64,000 nucleotides of DNA from an uncultured Candidatus Saccharibacteria bacterium (GCA_964394435.1 CAYMXN010000002.1:14196-78195), one strand, 5' to 3'; shown: positions 11,430-21,171, counted from the first letter of the stretch. Notes: generated by a model not told the origin, from the sequence alone. Made by a program: numbers and translations.

Positions 11430-12254
11430 ATGCGCTATATCTTTTTCGGAAGTCCTGAATTTGCAAAAGAAGTTCTCGCTACGCTGATTGAGGCCAACCT
11501 CCCTCCAGTGGCTCTTGTTTGTAATCCAGACAAACCGGTTGGACGCAAAAAAATCATTACCGCCCCGGACACCAAGCAATATATTCTTGACTCAAAACTT
11601 CCGATTGAGATTTTTCAACCTAAGCGCGTACTCGAAATCGAAGAAGCGCTCATCTCGCTGAAGCCGGACTTTTTTATCGTTGCGGCCTATGGTCAGATTA
11701 TCCCGAAAAAAATCCTCTCTCTTCCTCCGCTAGGCGTGTTAGGCGTGCACCCATCACTCCTGCCTAAATACCGCGGCGCCTCCCCGATTCAGTCCGCCCT
11801 CCTCGAAGGCGAGAGCGAAACGGGAACGACACTCTTTATGGTCGATGAGAAGGTTGATCACGGACCGATTGTCGCCCGCGAAGCGATGCCTATTGATATC
11901 GACGAGACATATATCTCTCTCGAGAAGAAACTCGCCCGCCTTGGTGGCGAACTACTGATTCGTACCCTGCCGAACTTTATCAAAGGAGGCATTTTAGCCG
12001 CCGTACAAAACGAAGAAGATGCGACGCTTACTAAAAAGTTCGAAACTGCGGATGCGGAGATTGATTTTGTAAAAGATAGCGCCCTCTCGGTCTATCGTAA
12101 GATTCAGGCGCTCAATCCGGAGCCGGGGGCGTATACAATGAACTATCCAGGTCACGAGGGTAAGCGCGTAAAGCTACTCGCAGCTGCGCTTGCTGACGGC
12201 AAGGTTGTACCAACTCAAATTCAGGTTGAGGGCAAAAAGCCCCAAGCACTGTAA
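11430..12254 (+). CDS. fmt: methionyl-tRNA formyltransferase
   Basis: Formyltransferase N-domain (IFFGSPEFA..., HPSLLPKYRGASPIQ) and C-terminal domain. ATG lies 4 nt after the def stop, giving the classic def-fmt operon. Confidence 0.92.
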   Translation: MRYIFFGSPEFAKEVLATLIEANLPPVALVCNPDKPVGRKKIITAPDTKQYILDSKLPIEIFQPKRVLEIEEALISLKPDFFIVAAYGQIIPKKILSLPPLGVLGVHPSLLPKYRGASPIQSALLEGESETGTTLFMVDEKVDHGPIVAREAMPIDIDETYISLEKKLARLGGELLIRTLPNFIKGGILAAVQNEEDATLTKKFETADAEIDFVKDSALSVYRKIQALNPEPGAYTMNYPGHEGKRVKLLAAALADGKVVPTQIQVEGKKPQAL

Positions 12255-12320
12255 TCTTGACTTTTTTCAAATAAATAGTAATACTATATTTTGTAGGCCA
12301 TTCAACCCTGGAGGCGTTTA

Positions 12321-12587
12321 ATGACTCGCGAAGAATTCCTTTCGCTCCTTTCGGAGCTGTACAAGAGCGGGAAGATCAAGGCGACCCTCGGACTCCGCAA
12401 GGGGTTCGATCGTGGGACGATTCTCCTGCGTAAGTCAGGCGACGAGGACTGCCACCTCTCTACCGGAACGGTGGTGGTGTTCATCGCCAAGTTCCTCAAC
12501 CCGGACAAGCCGAGCTGGCTCTGCATGGCCTACGTCAACGCGGGCAAGGACATCGACCTCTCCCCCGAGGACTCGACCGCGGCCTAG
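12321..12587 (+). CDS. hypothetical protein, GC-rich cassette A (88 aa)
   Basis: Promoter-like TTGACT-17-TAATAC at about 12266-12295 and GGAGG 6 nt before the ATG. The ORF is GC-rich (about 60 percent) and is followed by a hairpin terminator. Confidence 0.55.
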   Translation: MTREEFLSLLSELYKSGKIKATLGLRKGFDRGTILLRKSGDEDCHLSTGTVVVFIAKFLNPDKPSWLCMAYVNAGKDIDLSPEDSTAA

Positions 12588-12597
12588 ACCGACACGG

Positions 12598-12636
12598 CCT
12601 GACACTCGCATCGCGAGTGTCGGGCCGCTTTTTTTA
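12598..12636 (+). terminator. intrinsic terminator of cassette A
   Basis: GACACTCGC-ATC-GCGAGTGTC stem followed by GGGCCGCTTTTTTTATTT. Confidence 0.65.
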
Positions 12637-12651
12637 TTTCCAGCGATTTTT

Positions 12652-13266
12652 CTACTTACCCTCCCTGCTCGCTAGACCGTATTCAGCAACAATCTTATTA
12701 GCAAACTTCCAGTCGAGATTTTTAAAGAATGAGTCGATATACGCCTTACGGCTCGTGCCGTAATCAATAAAGTACGCGTGCTCGTACACATCTAATACGA
12801 TAACCGGAACTGCTGCCCAAACTGCTCCGACGTTGTGCGCGTCTGAAGCGTAGTTGTGCAAGCGGTTGTCCTTGAAGTCAAAAGCGGTGATCGCCCAGCC
12901 ACGCGCTGAAAGTCCCGTAGCAACAAGATCGGCCTTCCACTCATCAAGCGAGCCAAAGTCGCGCTCAATCATTTTCACGAGCTCACCTTCTGGCTTACCG
13001 TCGCCGCTTAAGTGACCAAAATATACTTCGTGCAGCTTCATTCCGTTAACTGCAAACGTCTCTTCGCGCTTAAGCTCACCAACTAAGCTATATACGCCAT
13101 TAGCCTCACTCTTGTCCGCCGTCTCAAGCTTAGCCTGAATCTCGTTGGTCTTTTTTACATACCCTTCGTACAGCTTAAAGTGCTGCTCGAGCATTTTTAC
13201 ACTAATCCCATCAATATCTTTCGTAAACGGAAACTTATCAGCTATAAAATCTTTTCTGTTTTTCAT
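12652..13266 (-). CDS. sodA: superoxide dismutase [Fe/Mn]
   Basis: Metal ligands in context (HHxKHH-type N-domain, DVYEHAYF near the C-terminus). 204 aa. Confidence 0.93.
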   Translation of the reverse strand: MKNRKDFIADKFPFTKDIDGISVKMLEQHFKLYEGYVKKTNEIQAKLETADKSEANGVYSLVGELKREETFAVNGMKLHEVYFGHLSGDGKPEGELVKMIERDFGSLDEWKADLVATGLSARGWAITAFDFKDNRLHNYASDAHNVGAVWAAVPVIVLDVYEHAYFIDYGTSRKAYIDSFFKNLDWKFANKIVAEYGLASREGK

Positions 13267-13298
13267 TTGTTTTGGGTTGAATTATCCCGTTAGAGGTA

Positions 13299-13407
13299 AT
13301 TATTAATAATTATTTCCAAGACTATACACCTTAATAGATTTTTATCATTATATCACCGCGAAAGTACGGATGTGCTTTAAGCACATCCTACCTCTAACGG
13401 GACGCCC
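13299..13407. repeat. inverted-repeat-bounded element (CCCGTTAGAGG ... CCTCTAACGGG), copy 1, in the sodA promoter region
   Basis: Perfect 11-bp terminal inverted repeats 98 bp apart. The same termini bound two further elements at 40726-40853 and 41107-41235. Confidence 0.55.
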
Positions 13408-13434
13408 TTAGTATATCTTGCTCGCCGCTAAACA

Positions 13435-13462
13435 AAAAGACCGCCCTTAGGCGGTCTTTTCT
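13435..13462 (-). terminator. intrinsic terminator after pilin gene 1
   Basis: AAAGACCGCCC-TTAG-GCGGTCTTTT. Confidence 0.65.
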
Positions 13463-13467
13463 AAATA

Positions 13468-13941
13468 CTAGCGAGTTACCGAGATCGTCTGTCCGAGCTC
13501 TGCCGATGGAGCAGAAACCGTCACGCGACCAGTCGTACCACCGGTCTGACTGACGTAGTAGCCGGAGTTGTATGAGCTCGTCGAGGTCCAAGCAGCATTC
13601 GCAGCCGATGGGTCAAACGGCATAGATGGAATATACGTGTCTACTAAACAAGGACCGATATTGTAGCCACCCGAAGACGCCATAAGACTCGAGCTAGCTG
13701 GAATTGCCGATCCGCAAGTAAAGACACCACGGTTATCAGCCATATTTTGGCCAATAGCGTTAAGGATCGCGTTCACGTTCGCAGAGCGCTGCGTGTTGCG
13801 AGCCTGGGCAAACTGACGGGCTGGGTTCAAAGCTACGATGACGACAGACGCCAAGATAGCGATGATACCGATTACTACTAATAACTCAATAAGCGTAAAA
13901 CCCTTCGACTGACTCAGGACGATGCCTTTTTGTTTGTTCAT
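13468..13941 (-). CDS. pilA: type IV pilin (major pilin paralog 1, extended leader)
   Basis: Class III signal peptide MNKQKGIVLSQSKG/FTLIELLVVIGIIAILA with Glu at +5. Divergent C-terminal domain. Confidence 0.85.
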   Translation of the reverse strand: MNKQKGIVLSQSKGFTLIELLVVIGIIAILASVVIVALNPARQFAQARNTQRSANVNAILNAIGQNMADNRGVFTCGSAIPASSSLMASSGGYNIGPCLVDTYIPSMPFDPSAANAAWTSTSSYNSGYYVSQTGGTTGRVTVSAPSAELGQTISVTR

Positions 13942-13997
13942 ATGGTAGAAATTATATCATATTCTGTTCAATTCCCTATCTAGGCTTATCCACAAAC

Positions 13998-14026
13998 AAA
14001 AAGAGCCCGTTGGGCTCTTTTTGTTT
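13998..14026 (-). terminator. intrinsic terminator after pilin gene 2
   Basis: AAAGAGCCCG-TTG-GGCTCTTTTTG. Confidence 0.6.
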
Positions 14027-14034
14027 GCTCATGA

Positions 14035-14484
14035 CTAGCGGCTAACGGAAATTACCTGGCCCAACTCTTGAGCTGGGGCGGCAACCGTTACGCGACCACT
14101 GGTCGCATCACGCAAAACTGTGTAACCAGTCTTGTATGAGCTCGTCGAGGTCCAAGCAGCATCTGCAGCTGATGGGTCAAACGGCATAGATGGAAGGTAG
14201 GTCGTGACTAAGCAAGAAGCGATGTCGTAACCACCTGACGAAGCCATCTCTGTCGCGGTTGATGGCAAAGCGCCGGCACCACACGTCCAGTTACCACGGT
14301 TATCGGCGATATTCTGACCGATAGCGTTAAGGATCGCGTTAATGTTCGCAGAGCGCTGCGTGTTGCGAGCCTGGGCAAACTGACGGGCTGGGTTCAAAGC
14401 TACGATGACGACAGACGCCAAGATAGCGATGATACCGATAACCACGAGAAGTTCGATGAGGGTGAAACCCTTTTGTTTGTTCAT
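14035..14484 (-). CDS. pilA: type IV pilin (major pilin paralog 2)
   Basis: MNKQKG/FTLIELLVVIGIIAILASVVIVALNPARQFAQARNTQRSAN. 97 nt are identical to paralog 1. Confidence 0.88.
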   Translation of the reverse strand: MNKQKGFTLIELLVVIGIIAILASVVIVALNPARQFAQARNTQRSANINAILNAIGQNIADNRGNWTCGAGALPSTATEMASSGGYDIASCLVTTYLPSMPFDPSAADAAWTSTSSYKTGYTVLRDATSGRVTVAAPAQELGQVISVSR

Positions 14485-14593
14485 TTTTTCGTTTTGAAAA
14501 TAAAACTCGACCTTTCCTATACCCTAAGAATAGCAAAGCTATGCAAAGCTCGCCATTTATCGCTGTGTATAACTACCCAAGCTATAGCCTTAT

Positions 14594-16087
14594 CTATCTC
14601 ACCTCTTCCCAGCTGATAATATCGTATTGACTCGCGGTAATTGGGAAACTCGGCGGTGGCCCGTAGAGCAAGTTCCCGTCGTACGTAATAATGCGCGTGT
14701 TATACCCCGTACCGTCCGTATACGCAAACCCGTAACGCTGATTAGTTGCGAGCATACCATAGAGCGTAATTTTGCTACGCTTATACTCTGTACCGCAGCT
14801 TGAGCTGTAGTAGTACCGGCCGATGCGACCGTTTTGAGCCACGAGCGCCGCATCAATCTCGAGATCATCATCACTCTTTAAGGCGGCGTTGATATTTCCC
14901 TGGGTCATCAAACTGATCACGTCTTGCCCGTCGTAGTTTGTATACAATAAGTCGCTGTTAATAGTGATGTTGGCGTAGGTATTAGAACTTACTGGGAAGC
15001 GGCCGGAGGCGATCGTAAGTCGCGCGGTGTTGATTTTGCCACGCACCCAAATATCATCTTCGAAAAAGAGTAGACCGTTAGCCGGGAACGCGACATTAGT
15101 CGCTACTGATGAGGTCGTGTTGATAGACCACGTTCCCCAGCCGGTCGACCCATCACTATTACAGTTATTTGGAGCATTTTTTAATCCCGTCACCTTATAC
15201 ACATCAAAGGTGTCGTTTGTTTTTAACACAATCTCATACCCCTTTGAGCCCGATGGTCCTTTGTAATATCCGCTTGATGAGGCGGCGGTTTTTATATTTG
15301 CGAGATCGGTTGTAATACCGTTAAAGTCAACGGCTGGTACGGGGAAGCTGCGACCGGCAGTAAATACATCGGTACGCGTCGGCACTGCGGCTGGCGGTAG
15401 CGGGTCAACAGTTCCCGAGTGCGTATGCACGCCAAACTCCTGTCCACCGGAGTGGTCCGGATCATCATACTTATCTTTCGCGCTCGTCACGACGTTATGC
15501 GCCACACCGTCAAAACGAATACCGCCATTACTGTGCAGCTGACCATACACATCGGTTCCCTCTCCAAAACGAATATCTGCATTAGCAGCAACCGAATAAC
15601 GCGCGAGTGATGGCAAACCCATCTTTACCTTAATCACCTTATACGCGGTTGGGTCCGAATCAACGCGACCAGTTGAAGTAATCGTGGTAATCGTAGTGCC
15701 ACTCGCTGGCGTAGTAATTTGTAGCTCAAACTGACCAAGCCGATTTCCGTCTTTGTCGTTATATACGTGTACATAAGGCTGTGTAGACGTTCCTGTTCCA
15801 TCCTTAAAATCTTGCGGGGCGTGGGCTAAGTGCCAGCGATAATACTCGATACCACTCTCGGCGATTGTAAAAGCGAGCGACTTATACTGATCACGGCTCA
15901 CGCTCTTTACATACGTATCAGACCAGAGCACAAATCCCGATATCAATAAGATTGAAATGAATCCGAATAAAAGAACCTGGATAGCCAGCTGACCTGACAT
16001 AGCTGATGGCCTTCGACTCGCAAATGTTAGTTTGAAAAAAGGAATATACATACTATTTGTATCGAAGATTACGAATCGTCGCCTCAT
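14594..16087 (-). CDS. pilus-associated large secreted protein (possible PilX/PilY-like tip or assembly factor; start may be the internal Met at 16000)
   Basis: N-terminal TM helix, then a long Thr/Ser/Gly-rich extracellular region. It sits between the minor pilins and the major pilin genes in one operon. Confidence 0.55.
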   Translation of the reverse strand: MRRRFVIFDTNSMYIPFFKLTFASRRPSAMSGQLAIQVLLFGFISILLISGFVLWSDTYVKSVSRDQYKSLAFTIAESGIEYYRWHLAHAPQDFKDGTGTSTQPYVHVYNDKDGNRLGQFELQITTPASGTTITTITSTGRVDSDPTAYKVIKVKMGLPSLARYSVAANADIRFGEGTDVYGQLHSNGGIRFDGVAHNVVTSAKDKYDDPDHSGGQEFGVHTHSGTVDPLPPAAVPTRTDVFTAGRSFPVPAVDFNGITTDLANIKTAASSSGYYKGPSGSKGYEIVLKTNDTFDVYKVTGLKNAPNNCNSDGSTGWGTWSINTTSSVATNVAFPANGLLFFEDDIWVRGKINTARLTIASGRFPVSSNTYANITINSDLLYTNYDGQDVISLMTQGNINAALKSDDDLEIDAALVAQNGRIGRYYYSSSCGTEYKRSKITLYGMLATNQRYGFAYTDGTGYNTRIITYDGNLLYGPPPSFPITASQYDIISWEEVR

Positions 16088-16685
16088 TTTCTACCCCAAC
16101 GATTGATGGCGTACTTGTTGAAGGGCTTTGATTTGCGATTAGCGATATTTTCACTGTCTTTATTTTCAGCGGATCAACCGGCGATGGAAGTGCTATAGAT
16201 TGAGTGCTGGTTGCGCTCGCGTCGTAATACGAAAATATCTGCCCACTCATCATATTATGAACCATATCTCTTACATCTTCACTGGAGCTTGGGTACGTTA
16301 CTGGGTTACCAGTTGGGCGAATCACCCCCTTCTGGAAGGTTGTACCGTTAAGAAAATATCGCACCTGATCGTACCCGCCATCACGATCAATGTCGCTGTA
16401 AAACGCAAATGAACCCGAAGCGGCGCTGATAATCGGATATGCTCCATTGTTTGATTGCGCGATCGAACGAATCTCCGGCAGCATAATCTGTAATGTTTGC
16501 TGCATCTCTTGCTGTACGATCAGACTGTTATTAAAACGAAGGCTATATTTTGTCAGATCACTTCCCAATAAACCGACCGCCATTGCGATTCCTGCAACAA
16601 TACCCATCACAATAAGAAGCTCGATAAGCGTAAAGCCACGCGTCTCGCCTTGATCCCTCCAGCTCTGTATCTGTATTTTTTTCAT
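16053..16685 (-). CDS. type IV minor pilin / pseudopilin
   Basis: Prepilin N-terminus ..ETRG/FTLIELLIVMGIVAGIA. Confidence 0.78.
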   Translation of the reverse strand: MKKIQIQSWRDQGETRGFTLIELLIVMGIVAGIAMAVGLLGSDLTKYSLRFNNSLIVQQEMQQTLQIMLPEIRSIAQSNNGAYPIISAASGSFAFYSDIDRDGGYDQVRYFLNGTTFQKGVIRPTGNPVTYPSSSEDVRDMVHNMMSGQIFSYYDASATSTQSIALPSPVDPLKIKTVKISLIANQSPSTSTPSIVGVENEATIRNLRYK

Positions 16686-16692
16686 ATATCTA

Positions 16693-18468
16693 TTATTGGA
16701 GAGTTAAGCGTTTTTCTTGCCAGCCACTTACGACCGAAACCGAACTGGTCGCAGTAGTATAGCCGGACTTACTAACCGTCATCGTATAGGTGCCGGTTGG
16801 GATATTACTAAATAATGTTTGCCCCTGTGGTACACAGCTTGATGTGAATCCGATCTGAACACTTGAGAGTGTCGGCGTATAGTTTTGATCAACCGTGTTT
16901 AAGTACGCCTTATAACGCAGATACCGATGCCCATCATGCATAGTTCCGATCGTACTTGTTGCGGTGTAATAGGTGCTGCCCGTGCCATCTGGGCCGAGGT
17001 AGTTCCATGTACTGTTGTCGGTATTTGATGCGATCTGGAATTTTAGACAGTTTGTTCCACACTGGCTTGGTTGGGTAGTCGGCGTCCAAACAAGGTCGTA
17101 CAGTACGGTGCCGGTAGTCGTGCCAAGGTCGTATGTGTTTGAGATTAAATAGCTATTCGTACTAGTTGGATATACTCCCCCATTTTGTGCGAGCTTCACA
17201 TCACCAGCCGGATTAGCGTCGGCAAGATTGCCGTCTTGTGCGTTGTAATTTCCATTAGACCAGTCGGTTTGGCTTAAAAACTTTTTACCAGTAATTTGCG
17301 TAAGGTTTGTGCCGGTCTTAGCGATAGTAACCGTCGCTCCCAAAATCGGCGTGCTTGAGGCGTCCACAACTGTCGCCATGAGCGATGTCGAAGCTTTTGG
17401 TTCAAGTAAAAACGAAAGTCCGACCGTCGTATTTGGATCGATCGTTAATGGGGCGAGCGGAATACTGCCCGCGAGATCATACACCGCAGAAGTGTTGGTA
17501 AACGTATAGGTATCCCACTCGAGTGATGAGATCGTTTTTAACCCAGAGGTATCAGTAGTAAAACTCGAGCTATATTTATTTACATTTGGGCCGGAGCCGA
17601 TTAATTTACTGCCTACCTGATTAAATGGAATTGAGGCGACTCCGTTACACTGCGCATCTTGCGTCTTCACGTTTAGCGTACTCACCCGGTCAACACCGAA
17701 ACTGATTGAAGTTATTTGCTGCGTCGCAACCGTCGCGTGCGGCTGAATTGGATTTGGGTTAGCGGCCGCACCTGGTTTATAGGTTTGCGCTGACGAGTAC
17801 CCATTTTTACTTACCGTAATCTGATACGCGGTTGTGCTAGTCGGAATATCAACTAATTGGAGCGTGCCGGAGTTGTTTGTGCTGTCTGTGATTGAGATGG
17901 CTGGTGAAGTGCTATTGTTTACAACACTCACCGAGACGTTTCCAACTGGCTGACCGTTCGCATCAAACGTGTTGATAAAGAGTGATCCATTTTTACTGGT
18001 GGACTCGAGCGTTTGCGGTGCGACCCAGGTCGTATAGGTAACTGGGGCGAACCTAAAACAAGTTGGACAGCTCACCTCGAGCTGCACCATACGATAGTCA
18101 GCTGGCGCGGTATCGTTTGGTGTCCCGCCCTGCTTGCCATCAAACGCGTCATCGATATTACGCACATACGACTTTACGACAAATGAGTTGTTTTCGTAGA
18201 GCACGGTCTTTTGAGCCAGCAACACTCCAGCTGGCGAACCGCTGACTGTACCGACTTGGTCAAACGGAACGTTGCGCAGGATTTCGATTTCTTTATTAAG
18301 CACTGATGTCGCGAGCGTACGGAGTCTCGTGCGTCCCATAATCTCTAGCACGTTGGCGAATGTAAAATAGATACCGCCAACTAAAATCAAAAAGATGCAG
18401 ATCGTGATGAGTACCTCGATCAAACTGACGCCAGATTGGCTGTGAAGTTTACTACGCGATTGAGACAT
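16693..18468 (-). CDS. large pilin-like protein with prepilin-type N-terminus (591 aa, candidate tip adhesin)
   Basis: N-terminus SGVSLIEVLITICIFLILVGG resembles a pseudopilin. The rest is a long T/S/N-rich extracellular domain. Confidence 0.7.
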   Translation of the reverse strand: MSQSRSKLHSQSGVSLIEVLITICIFLILVGGIYFTFANVLEIMGRTRLRTLATSVLNKEIEILRNVPFDQVGTVSGSPAGVLLAQKTVLYENNSFVVKSYVRNIDDAFDGKQGGTPNDTAPADYRMVQLEVSCPTCFRFAPVTYTTWVAPQTLESTSKNGSLFINTFDANGQPVGNVSVSVVNNSTSPAISITDSTNNSGTLQLVDIPTSTTAYQITVSKNGYSSAQTYKPGAAANPNPIQPHATVATQQITSISFGVDRVSTLNVKTQDAQCNGVASIPFNQVGSKLIGSGPNVNKYSSSFTTDTSGLKTISSLEWDTYTFTNTSAVYDLAGSIPLAPLTIDPNTTVGLSFLLEPKASTSLMATVVDASSTPILGATVTIAKTGTNLTQITGKKFLSQTDWSNGNYNAQDGNLADANPAGDVKLAQNGGVYPTSTNSYLISNTYDLGTTTGTVLYDLVWTPTTQPSQCGTNCLKFQIASNTDNSTWNYLGPDGTGSTYYTATSTIGTMHDGHRYLRYKAYLNTVDQNYTPTLSSVQIGFTSSCVPQGQTLFSNIPTGTYTMTVSKSGYTTATSSVSVVSGWQEKRLTLQ

Positions 18469-18482
18469 AGATAGGTACGCGC

Positions 18483-19616
18483 TTATACCTTGATGCTCTG
18501 ACTGATTTGATAGATTGGAGTGATAACCGAAAGTGCGATGAATCCGACAAGCAAACCCATAAAGAGCAACAAGGCTGGCTCGATAACGCTGCCGATATTT
18601 TTCAAAAACTCATCAACTTCAGACTGATAAAATTCGGAAAGGTACTTTAGGTTTTCAGTTAAGTTTCCTGTGTTCTCCCCCACCTCTATCATGTTAGCCA
18701 AAATAATCGGGAATAATCTCTCATTCTTTTTTAAATAGCTTGAGAAAAAATCACCGCGGCGGAGCGTCTCGCCGGCATTTTTGAGCTCGTGACGGTAGAC
18801 GAGGTTATCGAGTGTTTCGGCAGTAATATTTACCGCCTCGATAATTTTCACACCCGAGTTGAGCAACAATCCGAGCGTACGCGTCATCGTAGTTGCGTTT
18901 ACGCGCACTGACATCTTGCCGATAACAGGTAGGCGCAAAATGAAATGGTGCCACGCGTGACGATACCAGTAGTAGTGCGAAAGAATCCAGAGTACGGCGA
19001 TAAAGAGGAAAAAGCCCAGCGCGAGCCAGATACTATTAGCAGTCATAAACTTGGAACTGGCGATAAGAATCTTGGTTGTGATAGGTAAGTCTACGCGCAA
19101 ACTGGTAAAGACCGGCAAAATTTTTGGAAATACGCCGATCATAAGCGTGGCGACAATACCAATCGTCGCGAAAAAGATAACAGCTGGGTAAATAAGTGCA
19201 CCGCGAATCTTACTGCGCAACTCCTGCTTCTTTTTAAGCTCTTCGGCGAGGTAGTTAAGGTTTTCAGTTAATGTACCAGAGGTTTCACCGACGTGAACGA
19301 TGTTAATAAAGAGCTCACCAAACACGCTCTGGTACTTGCGCATACTCTCTGACAAAAACATACCGTTGGCAGTATCAGAAATAATTTGGTCAAGGATTTT
19401 CTTAAATGAGGGCGACTTGGTTTGTCTATAAATAAGACGCAAACTATCCTGCATCGTCATGCCCGAGCGAATACCAACAGCTAAGTGGCGGGCAAAAACA
19501 ACGCGCTCCTGAAGACCAACGCGCAAAAATATATTTTGAAAAATAGACTTAGCGACCGCACCCTTTGGCTGGTCGTCGTTTTCAGTTTTCTTAACTTTTT
19601 CGGGTAAGCCTAACAT
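18483..19616 (-). CDS. pilC: type IV pilus inner-membrane platform protein PilC (GspF family)
   Basis: Two GspF-type repeats, each with three TM segments. Located directly downstream of pilB. Confidence 0.9.
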   Translation of the reverse strand: MLGLPEKVKKTENDDQPKGAVAKSIFQNIFLRVGLQERVVFARHLAVGIRSGMTMQDSLRLIYRQTKSPSFKKILDQIISDTANGMFLSESMRKYQSVFGELFINIVHVGETSGTLTENLNYLAEELKKKQELRSKIRGALIYPAVIFFATIGIVATLMIGVFPKILPVFTSLRVDLPITTKILIASSKFMTANSIWLALGFFLFIAVLWILSHYYWYRHAWHHFILRLPVIGKMSVRVNATTMTRTLGLLLNSGVKIIEAVNITAETLDNLVYRHELKNAGETLRRGDFFSSYLKKNERLFPIILANMIEVGENTGNLTENLKYLSEFYQSEVDEFLKNIGSVIEPALLLFMGLLVGFIALSVITPIYQISQSIKV

Positions 19617-19657
19617 GAGAGTTCTGTATATAAGTATACACTAGAACTACTCCACTG

Positions 19658-20917
19658 TTATTCGTGAAAGACTCTTAACACTTCTTCGATAGTTGTCATC
19701 CCCTTTACCGCTTTCTCAAAGCCATCTTCCATCATCGTTTTCATTCCTTCAGCAATCGCCTGGCGACGGATTTCGTCTGCATTAGCTTTTTTCATAATAA
19801 GTTCACGAATTTTTTCTGTAATCTCAATAACCTCGTGAATACCAATACGGCCGCGGTACCCACTCCCGTTACAGCGTGCGCACCCCTGCCCTTTATAAAA
19901 CGCGTTGGTATCGCCAAGCATCTTTTCAGAAATCGAATCTTTGAGCGCCTTTAGCTCAACGTCAGTAAATACTTTTTTAACCTTACAGTCCGGGCAAATC
20001 GTGCGCACGAGACGCTGACCAATGGCGATGTTGAGTGTTGAGGCGATCAAAAATGGCTCGACGCCTAAGTCGAGTAAGCGCGGCAAGGTCGTCGGTGCAT
20101 CGTTAGTGTGAAGTGTTGAGAGCACTAAGTGACCAGTCATAGCGGCGTTGACGGCGATACTCGCTGTTTCGCCGTCACGAATCTCACCCACCATGATGAC
20201 GTTTGGGTCCTGACGCAAGATAGAACGCAGTCCGGTTGAAAATAGTAAGCCGGTTTTGACGTTGACCTGAATCTGGTCGACGCCCGGGAGTGAGTATTCG
20301 ATTGGGTCTTCGATGGTAACAATCGAGACGTCCGGCGTATTAATTTTTTTCAAAATCATGTATAGGGTCGTCGTCTTACCCGAACCAGTTGGACCGGTCG
20401 CGAGGATTAATCCATATGGCTTTTTCATCGCACGCGCGATGCGTCCAAGATTGAGCTCGGAAAATCCAAGCTTTTCCAAACTAAACTCATCACTCGAGTG
20501 GTCGGCGAGCAAACGCATGACGCAGTTTTCGCCGAAATAGGTCGGGGTAATAGAAACACGTACGTCGAGGTTAGCTCCGTCTTTTAAGACAATACGCAGA
20601 CGGCCGTCTTGAGCGGCTTGGTGTTCGTCGGTACGTAGTCCAGAGAGCACTTTGATACGCGTAATGATTTCCGAGTGGAGCTCTTTCGGAAACTTATAAA
20701 TATCGTGGAGTACACCGTCAACGCGAAAGCGCAGACGTAAGGCGTGCTCTTCTGGATCCATATGGATATCTGAAGCGCGCATTAAAAACGCCTGCTGAAT
20801 AATAACATCAACGATTTTGATGATTGAGCGAAACGCGTCAGCCTTTTTTACCTCCTTATCAAGCGCTTCTACGTCGGCTTGGAGTTGGGGTTCTTTTTCT
20901 GTTTCGGTTTCCGCCAT
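19658..20917 (-). CDS. pilB: type IV pilus assembly ATPase PilB (GspE family)
   Basis: Walker A GPTGSGKTT, Asp box, Walker B and a tetracysteine motif (CPDCKVK...CARCNGSGYRGR). Start set at MAETETE with TATAAT just upstream. Confidence 0.92.
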   Translation of the reverse strand: MAETETEKEPQLQADVEALDKEVKKADAFRSIIKIVDVIIQQAFLMRASDIHMDPEEHALRLRFRVDGVLHDIYKFPKELHSEIITRIKVLSGLRTDEHQAAQDGRLRIVLKDGANLDVRVSITPTYFGENCVMRLLADHSSDEFSLEKLGFSELNLGRIARAMKKPYGLILATGPTGSGKTTTLYMILKKINTPDVSIVTIEDPIEYSLPGVDQIQVNVKTGLLFSTGLRSILRQDPNVIMVGEIRDGETASIAVNAAMTGHLVLSTLHTNDAPTTLPRLLDLGVEPFLIASTLNIAIGQRLVRTICPDCKVKKVFTDVELKALKDSISEKMLGDTNAFYKGQGCARCNGSGYRGRIGIHEVIEITEKIRELIMKKANADEIRRQAIAEGMKTMMEDGFEKAVKGMTTIEEVLRVFHE

Positions 20918-21125
20918 AGCGATATATCTATTATAGTACAGTTTCATTTCGCTCACGAACAAAACCGGCGCATATTGCGAAAATATGTCAAAATCTATAG
21001 AATAACGGCACGCTTCAATATCGGTAGCCAAGTGCCCCTTCTCTGCACTTCGTGACGATATTGTGGGCTCGCCAAACCGAAAGTCTTAATCAAAAGGACT
21101 GTAGGTGCTGAGCGCAGTGAAGCAT

Positions 21126-21167
21126 TGCCAGATCGCCTGCCTGCGCAGGCAGGTCTAATGGTAGGAC
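21126..21167 (+). pseudogene. duplicated 5' fragment of tRNA-Gln (nt 1-24) interrupted by an 18-bp perfect palindrome
   Basis: TGCCAGATCG[CCTGCCTGCGCAGGCAGG]TCTAATGGTAGGAC matches the first 24 nt of the intact tRNA-Gln at 21425, apart from the palindromic insertion. Confidence 0.6.
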
Positions 21168-21171
21168 TAAT

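Noticed and set aside
12412-12675. 87-aa plus-strand ORF and 12302-12526 (-) ORF overlapping cassette A
   Set aside because: The first is an alternative frame of the same GC-rich DNA giving a Pro/Arg/Thr-rich nonsense-like protein. The second runs through the native promoter. 12321-12587 has the RBS and terminator.
14599-14874. 91-aa ORF nested in another frame of the 497-aa pilus-associated gene
   Set aside because: It is completely embedded in a longer, better-supported ORF on the same strand.
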